32,000 bases of DNA, from the NCBI RefSeq assembly GCF_000400465.1, contig NW_008806276.1, forward strand, positions 270,001-302,000. The letters are read 5' to 3'. The stretch is from Wallemia ichthyophaga EXF-994 (Eukaryota > Fungi > Basidiomycota). Of the stretch, positions 1-10,150 are shown in pieces. Every line of letters starts with the position of its first letter. Positions within the stretch are counted from its first letter, which is position 1. A program made the translations under genes and the position numbers. The notes below the pieces were generated by a model that searched no databases, was not told where the DNA came from, and worked only from the letters and a program-made list of their open reading frames with translations.

Positions 1-102
1 GGCGTTGTAAATGAATATAAATTACAATTGAGCTGTGTTTGTGCAATATTGGCTGTGTTTGTCAGTCGACGGATTCTCCTCAAACCGCAACCACCAACAG
101 CC

Positions 103-522
103 ATGGAGTACGTCAGAGGCAAGCAGTGAGTGGGCTTGCAGCACTACGCACACCTCTGATGATATCCCAGAGACCTCCCACCGCCTGGTGGCTTTGAGAC
201 AGTCAAATACAAGCGATCACTCCCGCTGAAAGGACCCAGCGGAGCAGTTATCTTCGGCACGATCCTCGCGATATCTGGCTGGGGATTCTACAAGCTCGGC
301 CAAGGGAACCTTGAGATGCGAGAACTCGAGCGTGAAAAGATATGGTCACGCATCAACATAGTACCTGCACTGATGGCAGAGAACGACAGGGACATCTACA
401 GGAGAGAGCGTGCGGCAATGGCACGTGAAAGCGAGATAATGAAAGATGTAAAGGGCTGGCAAGTCGGTCAGAGCGTGTACAATGGCAAGAGGTATAACAC
501 GCCATCCATGTATGTCCTGTAG
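103..522 (+). CDS. NDUFA13: NADH:ubiquinone oxidoreductase subunit B16.6/GRIM-19 (NDUFA13), about 124 aa, one intron 126-170
   Basis: Splicing GTGAGT(126)..CCCAG(170) gives MEYVRGKQDLPPPGGFETVKYKRSLPLKGPSGAVIFG...RELEREKIWSRINIVPALMAENDR, the GRIM-19 family pattern (QDxPPxGG..., TM helix, RELxREKxWxRI.L.P.L.AE.DR). Confidence 0.93.
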
Positions 523-562
523 GGAGCATGGGAGTGTAAATGTGCAAATTAAAATATATATG

Positions 563-871
563 TTACAAATTCCTCATTACCTTCTTGAGATCGCGGCGTA
601 CATCGCTCTTTATGCCGTCGTTGGCGACTCTCCCGCCGTCTCTCCTTACGAGAAGGTTTGAAGGGAGTGCGTTGATGGATTGAAGCTGTATGAATTCATC
701 TACGAGTCCATTCCTACGGTAATTTGAATGGTTTGGCTGCTTTGTGTAGCTGGTTGGAATGGTTTGTGTGTCTATGCTTGAGAGCGGCACTGGCTGTATT
801 AGGCTCTGTGCGCTGTGTGACTTATTCACTCTGCGTGCCACTGAGAATCCGCGCGTCTGGATCATTTTCAT
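563..871 (-). CDS. Small hypothetical protein (about 100-102 aa), possible mitochondrial presequence
   Basis: 3' part of the 563..1126 ORF from ATG 871 or 865: MKMIQTRGFSVARRVNKSHSAQ...DVRRDLKKVMRNL*. The N-terminus is Arg/Ser-rich and acid-free; an AT-rich tract follows the stop. No family recognised. Confidence 0.5.
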   Translation of the reverse strand: MKMIQTRGFSVARRVNKSHSAQSLIQPVPLSSIDTQTIPTSYTKQPNHSNYRRNGLVDEFIQLQSINALPSNLLVRRDGGRVANDGIKSDVRRDLKKVMRNL

Positions 872-890
872 CTTGCACTCTTTCACCTCG

Positions 891-1601
891 ATGAACAAGA
901 GAAAAAGCCAAATAGACCAAGACGATGGACAGAGCAAGAGGATAAGGACGGATGATACGAGTGGGTGTACAAACAAGAATAAGACGCTCTCCACTCGTAT
1001 TCGTAAGCTTCCACCGCCGATGCCATCCTCACGCACCGCTTCTGGGCGTGCATCCTCCGTAGCAACAACGAGCGCTGCGAAACGCACAAATGTTATCAAC
1101 GTAAGCAGGAAGAAGAGCGCGATCAATTATATCCGCAGAATTAAATCGCTAGTCCTCGAATTGGGCGCTACGAAGATTATACTCAATACACTCTCTGCGG
1201 CGATCCCATTCACGCTCCAGCTTATTCCAATGATTAGAAAGCACCTCGGTAACTCCACTAACGCCATCAGATTTCTTCTGCGCACTCGCACAGTCGACGT
1301 CATCGATCAAGTTCTCCCCACAGATAAAGAGGCTGATATCGAAATGCACCAGCGCAGTCAATCTGCTCTTAGGGTTGTTATGTTGGTCGGTGAGCGGCGT
1401 GAAGGTGAGCAGGGCGATAGTGATCAAGATGGGAATCAAGATGAGCAGCAGCAGCCACAGCCACACGCACACGCACACGTACACCCGCAGTCGCACACCA
1501 CAAAGCCAAAAAATAGAGGTGTCAAAAGGCGACTCAAAGATGAGCGCAAAAGAGAACAGAAGCGCGCGGAGAATGAGGCTTACAACGAAACAAATAAATA
1601 A
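891..1601 (+). CDS. Hypothetical basic, low-complexity protein (about 236 aa), NLS-like motifs
   Basis: Open frame from ATG 891 (MNKRKSQ...KRIR) to TAA 1601 with Q/H-A repeats and a KRRLKDERKR tail; fills the space between neighbouring genes. No family recognised. Confidence 0.6.
   Translation: MNKRKSQIDQDDGQSKRIRTDDTSGCTNKNKTLSTRIRKLPPPMPSSRTASGRASSVATTSAAKRTNVINVSRKKSAINYIRRIKSLVLELGATKIILNTLSAAIPFTLQLIPMIRKHLGNSTNAIRFLLRTRTVDVIDQVLPTDKEADIEMHQRSQSALRVVMLVGERREGEQGDSDQDGNQDEQQQPQPHAHAHVHPQSHTTKPKNRGVKRRLKDERKREQKRAENEAYNETNK
1443..1484 (+). repeat. Coding microsatellite (CAG)n then hexamer CCACAG/GCACAC repeats
   Basis: gagcagcagcagccacagccacacgcacacgcacacgtacac encodes EQQQPQPHAHAHVH. 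Confidence 0.7.
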
Positions 1602-1630
1602 CCTAATCAATACATGTAATCTACACTACA

Positions 1631-3737
1631 TTACTCAATAAGCATACTCTCCTCGTCATCTAGATGGCGCGTCATATCGATGTTGCTATTGCTCTGACTG
1701 AGAATAGACGAGTCATCGCGGAAGGAGAGTGTGTTATTAGTGTGATTGGTGTGGTTGGTATTGTTATTGTTATCACCACCTACTCCCCCTACCCTCCACG
1801 CTTCCGGCAGGCGATTGAATTTCTCCGCCGACGTAGCGCGCACATTGCAGCTGACTGCCAACTTGAGCAACTCCGTCGTCATAGCGTCACCTGGGAGTAT
1901 GGAGAGGGATTTGTGATAGACCTCGATGGCGTCTTCCATCTCGCCTAGCTCATTGTGGACGAGTCCGAGAGTGGTGAGTGTGGCAGTACATGAATCATCG
2001 ACCTGCAGCGCGCGCAGGAGACTCGCCTTGCTTTGTGCTAACTGCTTCAGCTTGCGCTGCGCCTGTCCGAGACCGAGATAGGTAGTTGCGGTGGTTTTGT
2101 GTGCGTGTGTAAGTGAATCTTCCTGTACATCAACACCCCCTTCCAACCCCTCCAGCTCGAGCGTCCTGCCGAAATACTCCACTGCTTTGCTATACTCCAT
2201 ATTGAAGTAGCTCACGACGCCCATCTCGTGGTAGACCGCGGGGTCGTTGGTGCAAATAGACAGTGCACCCGCGAGGAATCCCATCGCAACACCGTTGTTC
2301 GCCAGCTGGATATGCTGCATTGCTATGTAGAGCAAGGCGAGGTGCGTGCCCGGAAACAGTCTACTCGCTGTCGAGTAAGCCGTAATGGCGCTGTCATGCT
2401 CACCCTCGAGTGCGAAAGCATGTCCGAATGCTATCCACGCCGGCTGGAAGCGCGGATCCATAAGGCTGGATTTAGACAAGTACCGGCGCGCTTCCTGGTA
2501 GTAGCTGCCGAGATAGTAGTACACGCCGACGGCGTACCACGACACCGCACTGTCAGGGTCCGTCTCGATGAGCTGGTGAGCGAGCAGAAAAAGCGAGCTG
2601 CGCAGATTGGGTAGGTGCTGCATGCACGCTATGTGTAGTGGAAGGGTTGTTGGGTGGGATGGGTGGTGTTTGAGGATGCTATGAGGCTTTATTGAGTGTT
2701 TCTAACTAAATTGGTAAATCTCTCACTCACTCTGTTGTCTGCTTGAAACACTCCCCATATCTCAGCTGTGAGTAGAGCGAATCGGCTCGCGATTGCAATA
2801 TATCGACATTCTGCTCAAAGCCATACTTCTCCAAACACAGCTCATCGCGCGATCTGTCGATATGCGCTGCATGCGCGGGATTTTTCTTCAGCTGCGTCGT
2901 GTACATCAACTTAACGAAATCGCTATCATGCTCAATCTGCTCTTTGTAGTGAAGGGACTGCACGAAGTGCCACTCCTCCTCGTCAGACAACATAGAACCA
3001 CCGACTAGTTTGATAAAAGCGTCGTAATTCTTCACGTCGAGAGAGAGAGCTTCGATGAAAGACTCTTTAGCCTTATCAGGGCTGTTGAGGTGGAGGTGGA
3101 TGAGACCTCGCAGGTGACAGAGGGAGGACTCAATCTTAATCCCGCCATCGTGACACTTTACGTTATAGCCGTGATTTGGGTCTTTGTTGAAAGGGTTGGT
3201 GTCGCCGAGCAGCTCTAGCGCTTCGTGCCACTTGCCGAGCCTGAGCTGAGACTGGGCAGTGAGGTATCTGCAAAAGACAGAAATTTGGTATAAGCGTACG
3301 AAATCGCCGTTCATGTTGAAAGGATTAGTGAGAAGCTGCTCAGCACGTAGGTAAGAGTGGGTGTAGAAGTAAATCTGAGCCAACCAGAACGCGTCATTTG
3401 GGTCATTTGTGAGGTGTAAGCATTTATCGCCCCAGAATTGAGCGGTCGTGTATAGATGCTGCATCATTGCGTCGTGTCGCCATAGCCGGAGTTTATCGAT
3501 GAGCTGAGAGTCGGTGGATTGAGGTGGGAGGAGGTTAATTGAGTCGTCGTGGCCGCCAGTTTCATCGTAGTTCAAGTCAAAATCCACTGCAGCGCTCCTT
3601 GAAATCTGTGGAGAAGCACTGAGGATTGAGTAGTTGGGGGAATTGAATAGCCTCTTCACAGAAGGCGATGGTACAAATTTTGATTGAATGGGCTTCGTGG
3701 GCGTGTTCATCGTTGTTGAATGAATACCTTGGTTCAT
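1631..3737 (-). CDS. CDC16: Anaphase-promoting complex TPR subunit Cdc16/Cut9/APC6 (start 3737 or 3710), intron 2679-2730
   Basis: [73 protein letters not shown] and TPR repeats. A 52-nt GTGAGT..CATAG intron joins ORFs 2727..3788 and 1631..2623 in frame ([25 protein letters not shown]). Confidence 0.93.
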
Positions 3738-4080
3738 GTCGACAACCACGACAGCCACGACAACCACCACGGATACTGAGAATTTCAAGCTAGACGGAGC
3801 TAATAAGACACTTAAAAGGACTTTTATCTACAAATACAAAAGACCAAAATCTTCTCATTTACTTGAAAAACGAGCTAGCAGTGGTAATACAAGCACACCT
3901 AACACAACCTTGAAATCATTCAAGTGCTCAATTTGTGATCAATTCTTCTCCAGGAATCACGATCTAAAGAGACATCAGAGAATCCACACGGATTTTAAGC
4001 CATTTAACTGTAATTGTGGCAAGTCATTTAGTAGAAAAGACGCTTTAAAGAGGCATTTACTGGTAAAAGGATGTCATTGA
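3736..4080 (+). CDS. Small C2H2 zinc-finger transcription factor (114 aa, two fingers)
   Basis: [21 protein letters not shown], linker TDFKPF, then [22 protein letters not shown]; resembles a conserved fungal finger pair with an atypical second finger. Confidence 0.85.
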   Translation: MSTTTTATTTTTDTENFKLDGANKTLKRTFIYKYKRPKSSHLLEKRASSGNTSTPNTTLKSFKCSICDQFFSRNHDLKRHQRIHTDFKPFNCNCGKSFSRKDALKRHLLVKGCH

Positions 4081-4556
4081 ATGATTATATCAGTAGTACA
4101 CATGGATATACACCCTCAAACACCCAAATTATTCAAAACATACTAAGCATTCAATTGAGACATTTCATTGATTCAGCGACGAGCAAGGGGATTTCTATTG
4201 ATATCGCTCTTAAATTGCTTGATAGGTGTGAGCATACACACAGCCATACTCTGAACATATTGCAGCACCTACACCTAGAAGATATCCCAGACACTCTAAA
4301 CTCACTCGCACTAGACTTTCTCCATCACCTCATCGCAATTTCCATCGTCTACCAAGCAGAGCATCCAATCCATAAACCCTCTCCAGCCATCCCTATTTCT
4401 TCTCCCTTTACTGTACGCGGCTTGGAGGAGGGGGAGGACAACTCTGAACACTCCCAACACACCCTTCACTCCCACTCTATCCAAGCTGCGTATTTGGAAT
4501 ATCAGCGTATCTCCAACCGCCACCATCTTAACAAGAAGACCATCCATCTCCTCTGA
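4071..4556 (+). CDS. Hypothetical His-rich protein (161 aa) overlapping the zinc-finger stop by 10 nt
   Basis: Single intronless ORF filling the gap to RIX7; 18 His in 161 aa by hand count; helical-looking middle. No family recognised. Confidence 0.5.
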   Translation: MSLNDYISSTHGYTPSNTQIIQNILSIQLRHFIDSATSKGISIDIALKLLDRCEHTHSHTLNILQHLHLEDIPDTLNSLALDFLHHLIAISIVYQAEHPIHKPSPAIPISSPFTVRGLEEGEDNSEHSQHTLHSHSIQAAYLEYQRISNRHHLNKKTIHLL

Positions 4557-4617
4557 CACTCTAGAATATGTATAAATACTCTCATAAATACTCTATAACA
4601 CTCTATGACTCCCCATC

Positions 4618-6916
4618 TTACTCATCACCTTCCTCTCTCTCGCTCTTCTTGGACTTGGTAGGCAACCCGCTAAACTTCATGCGCAGCGTGTTGTATTTCT
4701 TCACCTGCGCCAGACTCACCGACGGCCGAACCTTATCGAGCGCGCAGCTGAAGTGGTCTGCGAGGACGACAACGGGGACTTGAGTGTCAGTTTGAGCGTC
4801 GGTGTGAGCATCAGAAATAAGCGTCTGTCTGAGCGCTAAAACAGCCGCCTCCCTAACCAGTGCGGCAAGATCCGCACCCGAGAAGCCATAGCAGCGATCC
4901 GAAGCGATGAGATGATCCACCTTAGCGATTTCACTTGGGTGAATAGGTGTGTTAGTAGCGAGAGTCCGCACAATCAACACGCGTTCTTCAGCACTTGGAA
5001 GATCGACATAGAGCAATTTATCCAATCGACCTGGTCTCACCATAGCAGGATCTATAATATCAGGTCGGTTAGTAGCCCCAATAACGAACACCTGCTTGCG
5101 CGACTCGAGCCCATCGAGTTCAGTGAGAAGGGTGTTAACAACGCGACTTGAGCTTTCGCTGAGGTTATCGTCGCGTCGCGGCACCAATGCGTCCAGCTCG
5201 TCGAAGAAGATGACGCAAGGAGATGAGGAGCGAGCGCGTATGAACACCTGCCGTATCGCGCGCTCACTCTCACCCACATACTTGTTGAGTAGCTCGGGGC
5301 CTTTGACGGAGATGAAATTGGCGCGACTCTCGTTCGCGACTGCCTTCGCGAGCAACGTCTTACCGCAGCCAGGAGGTCCCCACAGGAGCACACCGCATGG
5401 GGCATGGATCCCTATCGAGGTGAATAGCTCGGGTTTGCGGATCGGTTGAACTATTGCCATGTGCAACTCGTCGCGCGTCGCGTGCAACGCTCCTATATCC
5501 CCCCACGTCACATCGGGTACCGTCGCAAATCCCTCACGCTTGCTGCTCGGTTGAACTATCTTAAGGGCTGCGTCAAAATCCCCGAACTCTATCGATAGCC
5601 GCTCGAGTTGGGTGTCTGTGAGTGGAGCTGGGTGTGTGAGGAGGAAGTGTGCGATGGTTGACTGTTTGGGGAGGTGATTGACGAGTGATTGCAGCGAAGA
5701 GAGTTGCGTACTCTGATTTTCATCAAGCTCACCACTAGTCGTTACATCCATACTCATCTCACCACTCTCATCGGCTAGCTGCTTGAAGATGCGTTTCACT
5801 GCAATCACGCCAGCTGCACCAGTAAGAGCACTAAGATCAGCACCTACGTATCCAGGAGTAGATTTAGCGAGAGCTTTGAAGTCAAAACTGCCTGCGAGTT
5901 TCAACCTAGCGCATAAAACACGCAAGATACTTTCACGGCCACTGTCATCGGGAACACCCATACAAATCTCATGATCAAAACGACCAGCGCGACGAAGAGC
6001 AGGATCAAGACTATCAGGACGATTTGTAGCGCCAATGATGATGATTGGACGATTATCAGTCTTATCCCAACTCAGATCGTCTATGCAAGTGAGTAATTGA
6101 GCAACTATCCTTCTTTCCATTTCGCGTTGAGCATTTTCACGTTTTGGGGTGATTGCGTCAATTTCATCAATGAATAATAAGCATGGAGCGTGTGAGGCAG
6201 CTTCTTGGAAAGTGTCTCTGATAGTTTTTTCACTTTCACCACTCATACCACTAACAATTGAAGGAGCAGATATTGAGAGAAAAGGAACAGCCATTTCGCC
6301 TGCTATTGCATTGGCTAGTAGAGTTTTACCACAGCCAGGTGGACCGTGGAGGAGAACGCCGCGTGGAGGTTGTACACCTGTGTGGAGGTAAACTTCTGGG
6401 TGAGTAAGCGGCATTGCAACCAATTCGAGCATTCTCTCTACACACTCATTTATACCGCCTAAATCGGTGAGACGGGCGGTAGGCGGAGTAGTATCGATAG
6501 AAGACTGAGAAGATTGATTCCGAGAGCGTTTTGAGTTGTTGGTGGTGGTGGAAGATTTTTTACGCTTTTTGGTAGCATCCTGGGGAATTTCTGAGGGGGC
6601 AGCTATGGGTGTTTCTGTGGGTGCCTCCGGGGCGTTTTCCGGAGGATTTTCTAAAGGATTTTCCAGGCCATTTTCAATGCTAGCTTCAACACCACCTTGT
6701 ACATCTTTCAAATTGTTTTTACGGGCGCCGCCAACTTGCTCCCTGGCCGCAGCCTCGACAGCCATCGCAGCAGCGTGGGCAGCAGAACCAGCAGGTGGAG
6801 TAGCAACCCTGGAACGAGACTGGGACCAAAGATCCTGCATGGACCTGTTAAGAGATGAAGATGGCTGAGATTTGAGAGGAGTGGAGTGAGTAACAGAGAA
6901 TACTCACAGTGGACAT
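4618..6916 (-). CDS. RIX7: Type II AAA ATPase Rix7/NVL (60S ribosome biogenesis), intron 6865-6907
   Basis: Two AAA modules (GPPGCGKT..LFIDEIDAI; GPPGCGKT..IFFDELDAL), TPKRENAQREMERRIVAQLLT and VQPSSKREGFATVPDVTW, typical of Rix7/NVL. The 9-nt first exon ATG TCC ACT splices in frame. Confidence 0.93.
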
Positions 6917-6982
6917 GATGGTGGAATTAGAAAGATAAGCTTATTAAATAAAAATATTTAATGATCTAATCAGTGTAGTAGC

Positions 6983-6990
6983 CACGTGAC
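6983..6990. promoter_or_regulatory. E-box/Cbf1-type motif CACGTGAC (GTCACGTG) in the RIX7/GSK3 divergent promoter
   Basis: Exact motif at 6983-6990 in a 231-bp AT-rich intergenic gap. Function not shown; a single 8-mer can arise by chance. Confidence 0.25.
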
Positions 6991-7147
6991 AAGCATGGCT
7001 AGGCGAATTAGTGGGGAGGCTTGTAATTTTGAATATAAAAGAAAGAATAATAGGAAAGACTAGTAAAAAGAAATTGACTTGAAATATTCAAGTAAAGTTT
7101 AAAATTCAAGGGAGACACCTTGTCAACAGCCACCACCACGATACACT

Positions 7148-8380
7148 ATGTCCAGCAGCACAACCCCATTCAACAAATCGAATACATTGGATGAACCTCA
7201 TAAGGTAGTCAAAGTAGATGCCAGCGATGGCAGATCTGGCGATAATCTTGAAATATCCTACACTTCGTGCAAAGTAGTCGGCAATGGCTCGTTTGGTGTT
7301 GTTTTCGCTGCTAAATTAATTTCACCAAGGGAAGAAGACATTGCCGTTAAAAAGGTTTTGCAGGATAAGAGGTTTAAGGTGAGTGATTGGGGTACATGCA
7401 ATCACCCATCTTACACGCCTTAGAACCGTGAACTACAGATCATGCGTATCGTCAACCACCCGAACGTTGTCAACTTGAAAGCTTTCTTCTACTCTTCAGG
7501 CGACAAACCCGCTAGAGATGAAGTTTATCTCAATTTGGTGCTCGAATTCGTTCCAGAGACCGTTTACCGTGCTTCACGTCATTACTCAAAGTTGAAGCAG
7601 ACTATGCCAATGATACACGTTAAGCTCTACATGTATCAGCTACTCCGCTCACTTGCTTACATTCACTCCTCTGGTATTTGTCATAGAGACATCAAACCGC
7701 AGAACCTTCTCCTGAATGTAAACACGGGTGAACTCAAGTTATGCGATTTTGGTTCGGCTAAAATGCTCATCCCAGGTGAGCCAAATGTTAGTTACATCTG
7801 TTCGAGGTACTACAGAGCCCCTGAACTCATTTTTGGTGCAACTAACTATACTACTGCTATCGATATCTGGTCCACTGGTTGCGTCATGGCTGAGCTCATG
7901 CTCGGTCAACCTCTTTTCCCAGGTGAATCAGGTATCGACCAGCTAGTCGAAATCATCAAAATCTTGGGTACACCTACCAGAGATCAAATTAAGACTATGA
8001 ATCCAAACTACATGGAACACAAGTTCCCTCAAATTAAACCTCACCCCTTCAACAAAGTCTTTAGACCAAAGACTCCTCAAGATAGCGTCGATCTCATTAC
8101 TCAGTTGCTCCAATACACCCCCGAACAGAGATTAACTGCTATCGACGCCATGTGTCATCCCTTCTTCGACGAATTAAGACAGCCTGATGGGAAGCTACCA
8201 AATGGTAACCCCTTCCCTCCCCTATTTAACTTTACAAAGGAGGAATTATCCATCAAACCTGAATTAAATGACACCCTCGTCCCGTCATTCGCCAGAAGCT
8301 CCCTTCAATCTGATATGGGAATCGATCTAAACAACTTTGATCCTATACCACTTGATCAAATGCGTCTTTCAATTGAGTAG
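7148..8380 (+). CDS. GSK3: Glycogen synthase kinase-3 family kinase (Rim11/Gsk3), about 395 aa, intron 7379-7423
   Basis: [20 protein letters not shown]|[44 protein letters not shown]. Confidence 0.97.
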
Positions 8381-8434
8381 TAATTCTAAATGCATTCCAC
8401 TCTCTCTTTACAATCGCATGTATCATCAAACACC

Positions 8435-8479
8435 TGGCACATATTAACATGACACTTATGAACATGGCACTCATTCACC
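8435..8479 (+). repeat. Degenerate 15-nt tandem repeat x3 in the GSK3 3' flank
   Basis: tggcacatattaaca / tgacacttatgaaca / tggcactcattcacc. Confidence 0.55.
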
Positions 8480-8672
8480 CATCACATGATATATTTCCTT
8501 AGCACCTACTCTGCTCACCTATCTCTATCCTATAACGACCTTCTCTCTACTTGATTTTTCTTCATCAAATAGTCAACTTTTTATTGTTATTTTCAAAATA
8601 CATAGTTAAATTCCTAAGTGTTGGTATGTATTTGTACATGGTGTAAAATTTTCATAATTGGTATCCCTCCCT

Positions 8673-10150
8673 TTAACTCTTCTGTATCCTGAATCCACAC
8701 ATCTGCCACGATCCAAGCTTGTCTTCCGCAGACTCACACTCCAACTTCCTCTCGTTCGACCATGTCTTAGCTCCGACAAGCTTCCTCCCACCTGGACAAA
8801 ACTCGGCTTCGTTTCCGTCCTCCCAACCAAAAATCACCTCGAGGAATTTATCCACCGATGCTCTTCTGTTGAGATCCATCGACCACTCTTTAACTTGGGT
8901 ATCGAATTTATCCTTGCTCGACCAGGGGGAGTGTGGTTGGGAGTGAATGTGGGTATTGACTTTTCCATTTTCACTCCCGACAACCTTGCTGGTAAACTCA
9001 TCCCACAGCCAGTCAGCGCTTTCGGACACCATCGTCGACAGCGACTGGAGTATCATTCTGAAACGGTAATCACGTTCATACGGCGACAGCGACTCGATAG
9101 CCCGCGTAACTGTCTTGATAAAGTGTTCAGCATGTGGCTTTTTCATCCAGGGCTCCAGCCTCGCATCCCGCATATCCATCTTACGTTCTGGGGTGAAAGA
9201 GCGAGCTGGAAAGCTACCTCTGATAACAGGAGACTGTACAATGTTCTAGTAGACGATACCAAGACAGCGTCAGATTTGTTAAACACAACAAAATACATAA
9301 CACCCACCTTGCCGTCATACAGGACAATCGCAGAGGCTATGATAGACAGCGGGGAGCTGTTGATGGTGTGTGCGGTGAGGACCTGTAACGCGTTAGAATC
9401 GGGTGCTTTCAAGTTAACCGTCTCTACCTCCTCATACACCTGCTCGAGATCCGTGTGCGAGTGCTTCTTCTGCCGCTGAGCTCTCTGTGCCATCTCGGGG
9501 TTCGAGAGGGGGATAGGAACCTGTCCCGCGGCGAATTGGTACGTGCGCTCATAGATTTCCAGATGGCCATCGCGTCTCAGCACTCTAAAAGCTTCGTCGA
9601 GGACATGGTAGAACTGCACCTCCGGTATACCTAGTGCGACGAAACGCATATTGACGAAATCGAATGACATATCCTCAAAAGGCCATTTATCGAGGAAGTT
9701 TGCAATTAGCCAGTTAACGCGATGGGGGAGGCTATCGTCCTGGCTCAGGTAAGCCGGATTTGGCTGTATCGGAGCGAGATCCATGCCCCAGAATTCTGCG
9801 TGTTTCCACGTCTGCGACATTTCCAGGCACCAAGTACCAGTCCCGCAGCCGATATCGAGAACGCGGAATGGCTGTGCGTTGTGTGTGTGCGCGCTATGTA
9901 CCGGAAACCTCATTATATTCGAACCTTCTCTGTAGCTCTTCAGTGTACTGTGCCACATTTGATCCATTTCAATCGCCTGTAACGTGTAGCTCGTCGGCCA
10001 CGGTGCACGGTCTCCCCAGTTATGGTATGGCCTGTGTCCACGTACGCGTACCAGCTCACTCGGCGCATACGCAGACACCCAATGTCCATCATCCAGCTGC
10101 TGCGATATAAACTTGCTTCGTAGCGGCGCTCGCACACTGCCTTCTCGCAT
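8673..10150 (-). CDS. SAM-dependent class I methyltransferase (fungal UMTA/LaeA-like group), about 471 aa, intron 9246-9307; start 10150 (the ORF extends to GTG 10243)
   Basis: RVLDIGCGTGTW (motif I), FWGMDLAPIQP, NFLDKWPFEDMSFDFVNMRF, EAFRVLRRDG. The intron joins ORFs 9143..10243 and 8673..9179 in frame (YDGK|NIVQSPVIRG...MDMRDAR). Confidence 0.85.

Noticed and set aside
872-1126. Hydrophobic N-terminal half of ORF 563..1126
   Set aside because: Antisense to the K/R-rich orphan, so the hydrophobicity is a mirror artefact; only 563-871 is retained as a candidate gene.
4055-4085. Programmed -1 frameshift fusing the zinc finger to ORF 4071
   Set aside because: The frame relation fits, but there is no canonical slippery heptamer and no obvious downstream structure.
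7383-7405. 7-bp hairpin (GTGATTG...CAATCAC) in the GSK3 intron
   Set aside because: Short enough to occur by chance; no other support.
8658-9479. 273-aa plus-strand ORF
   Set aside because: Antisense shadow of the methyltransferase gene; no recognisable motifs.
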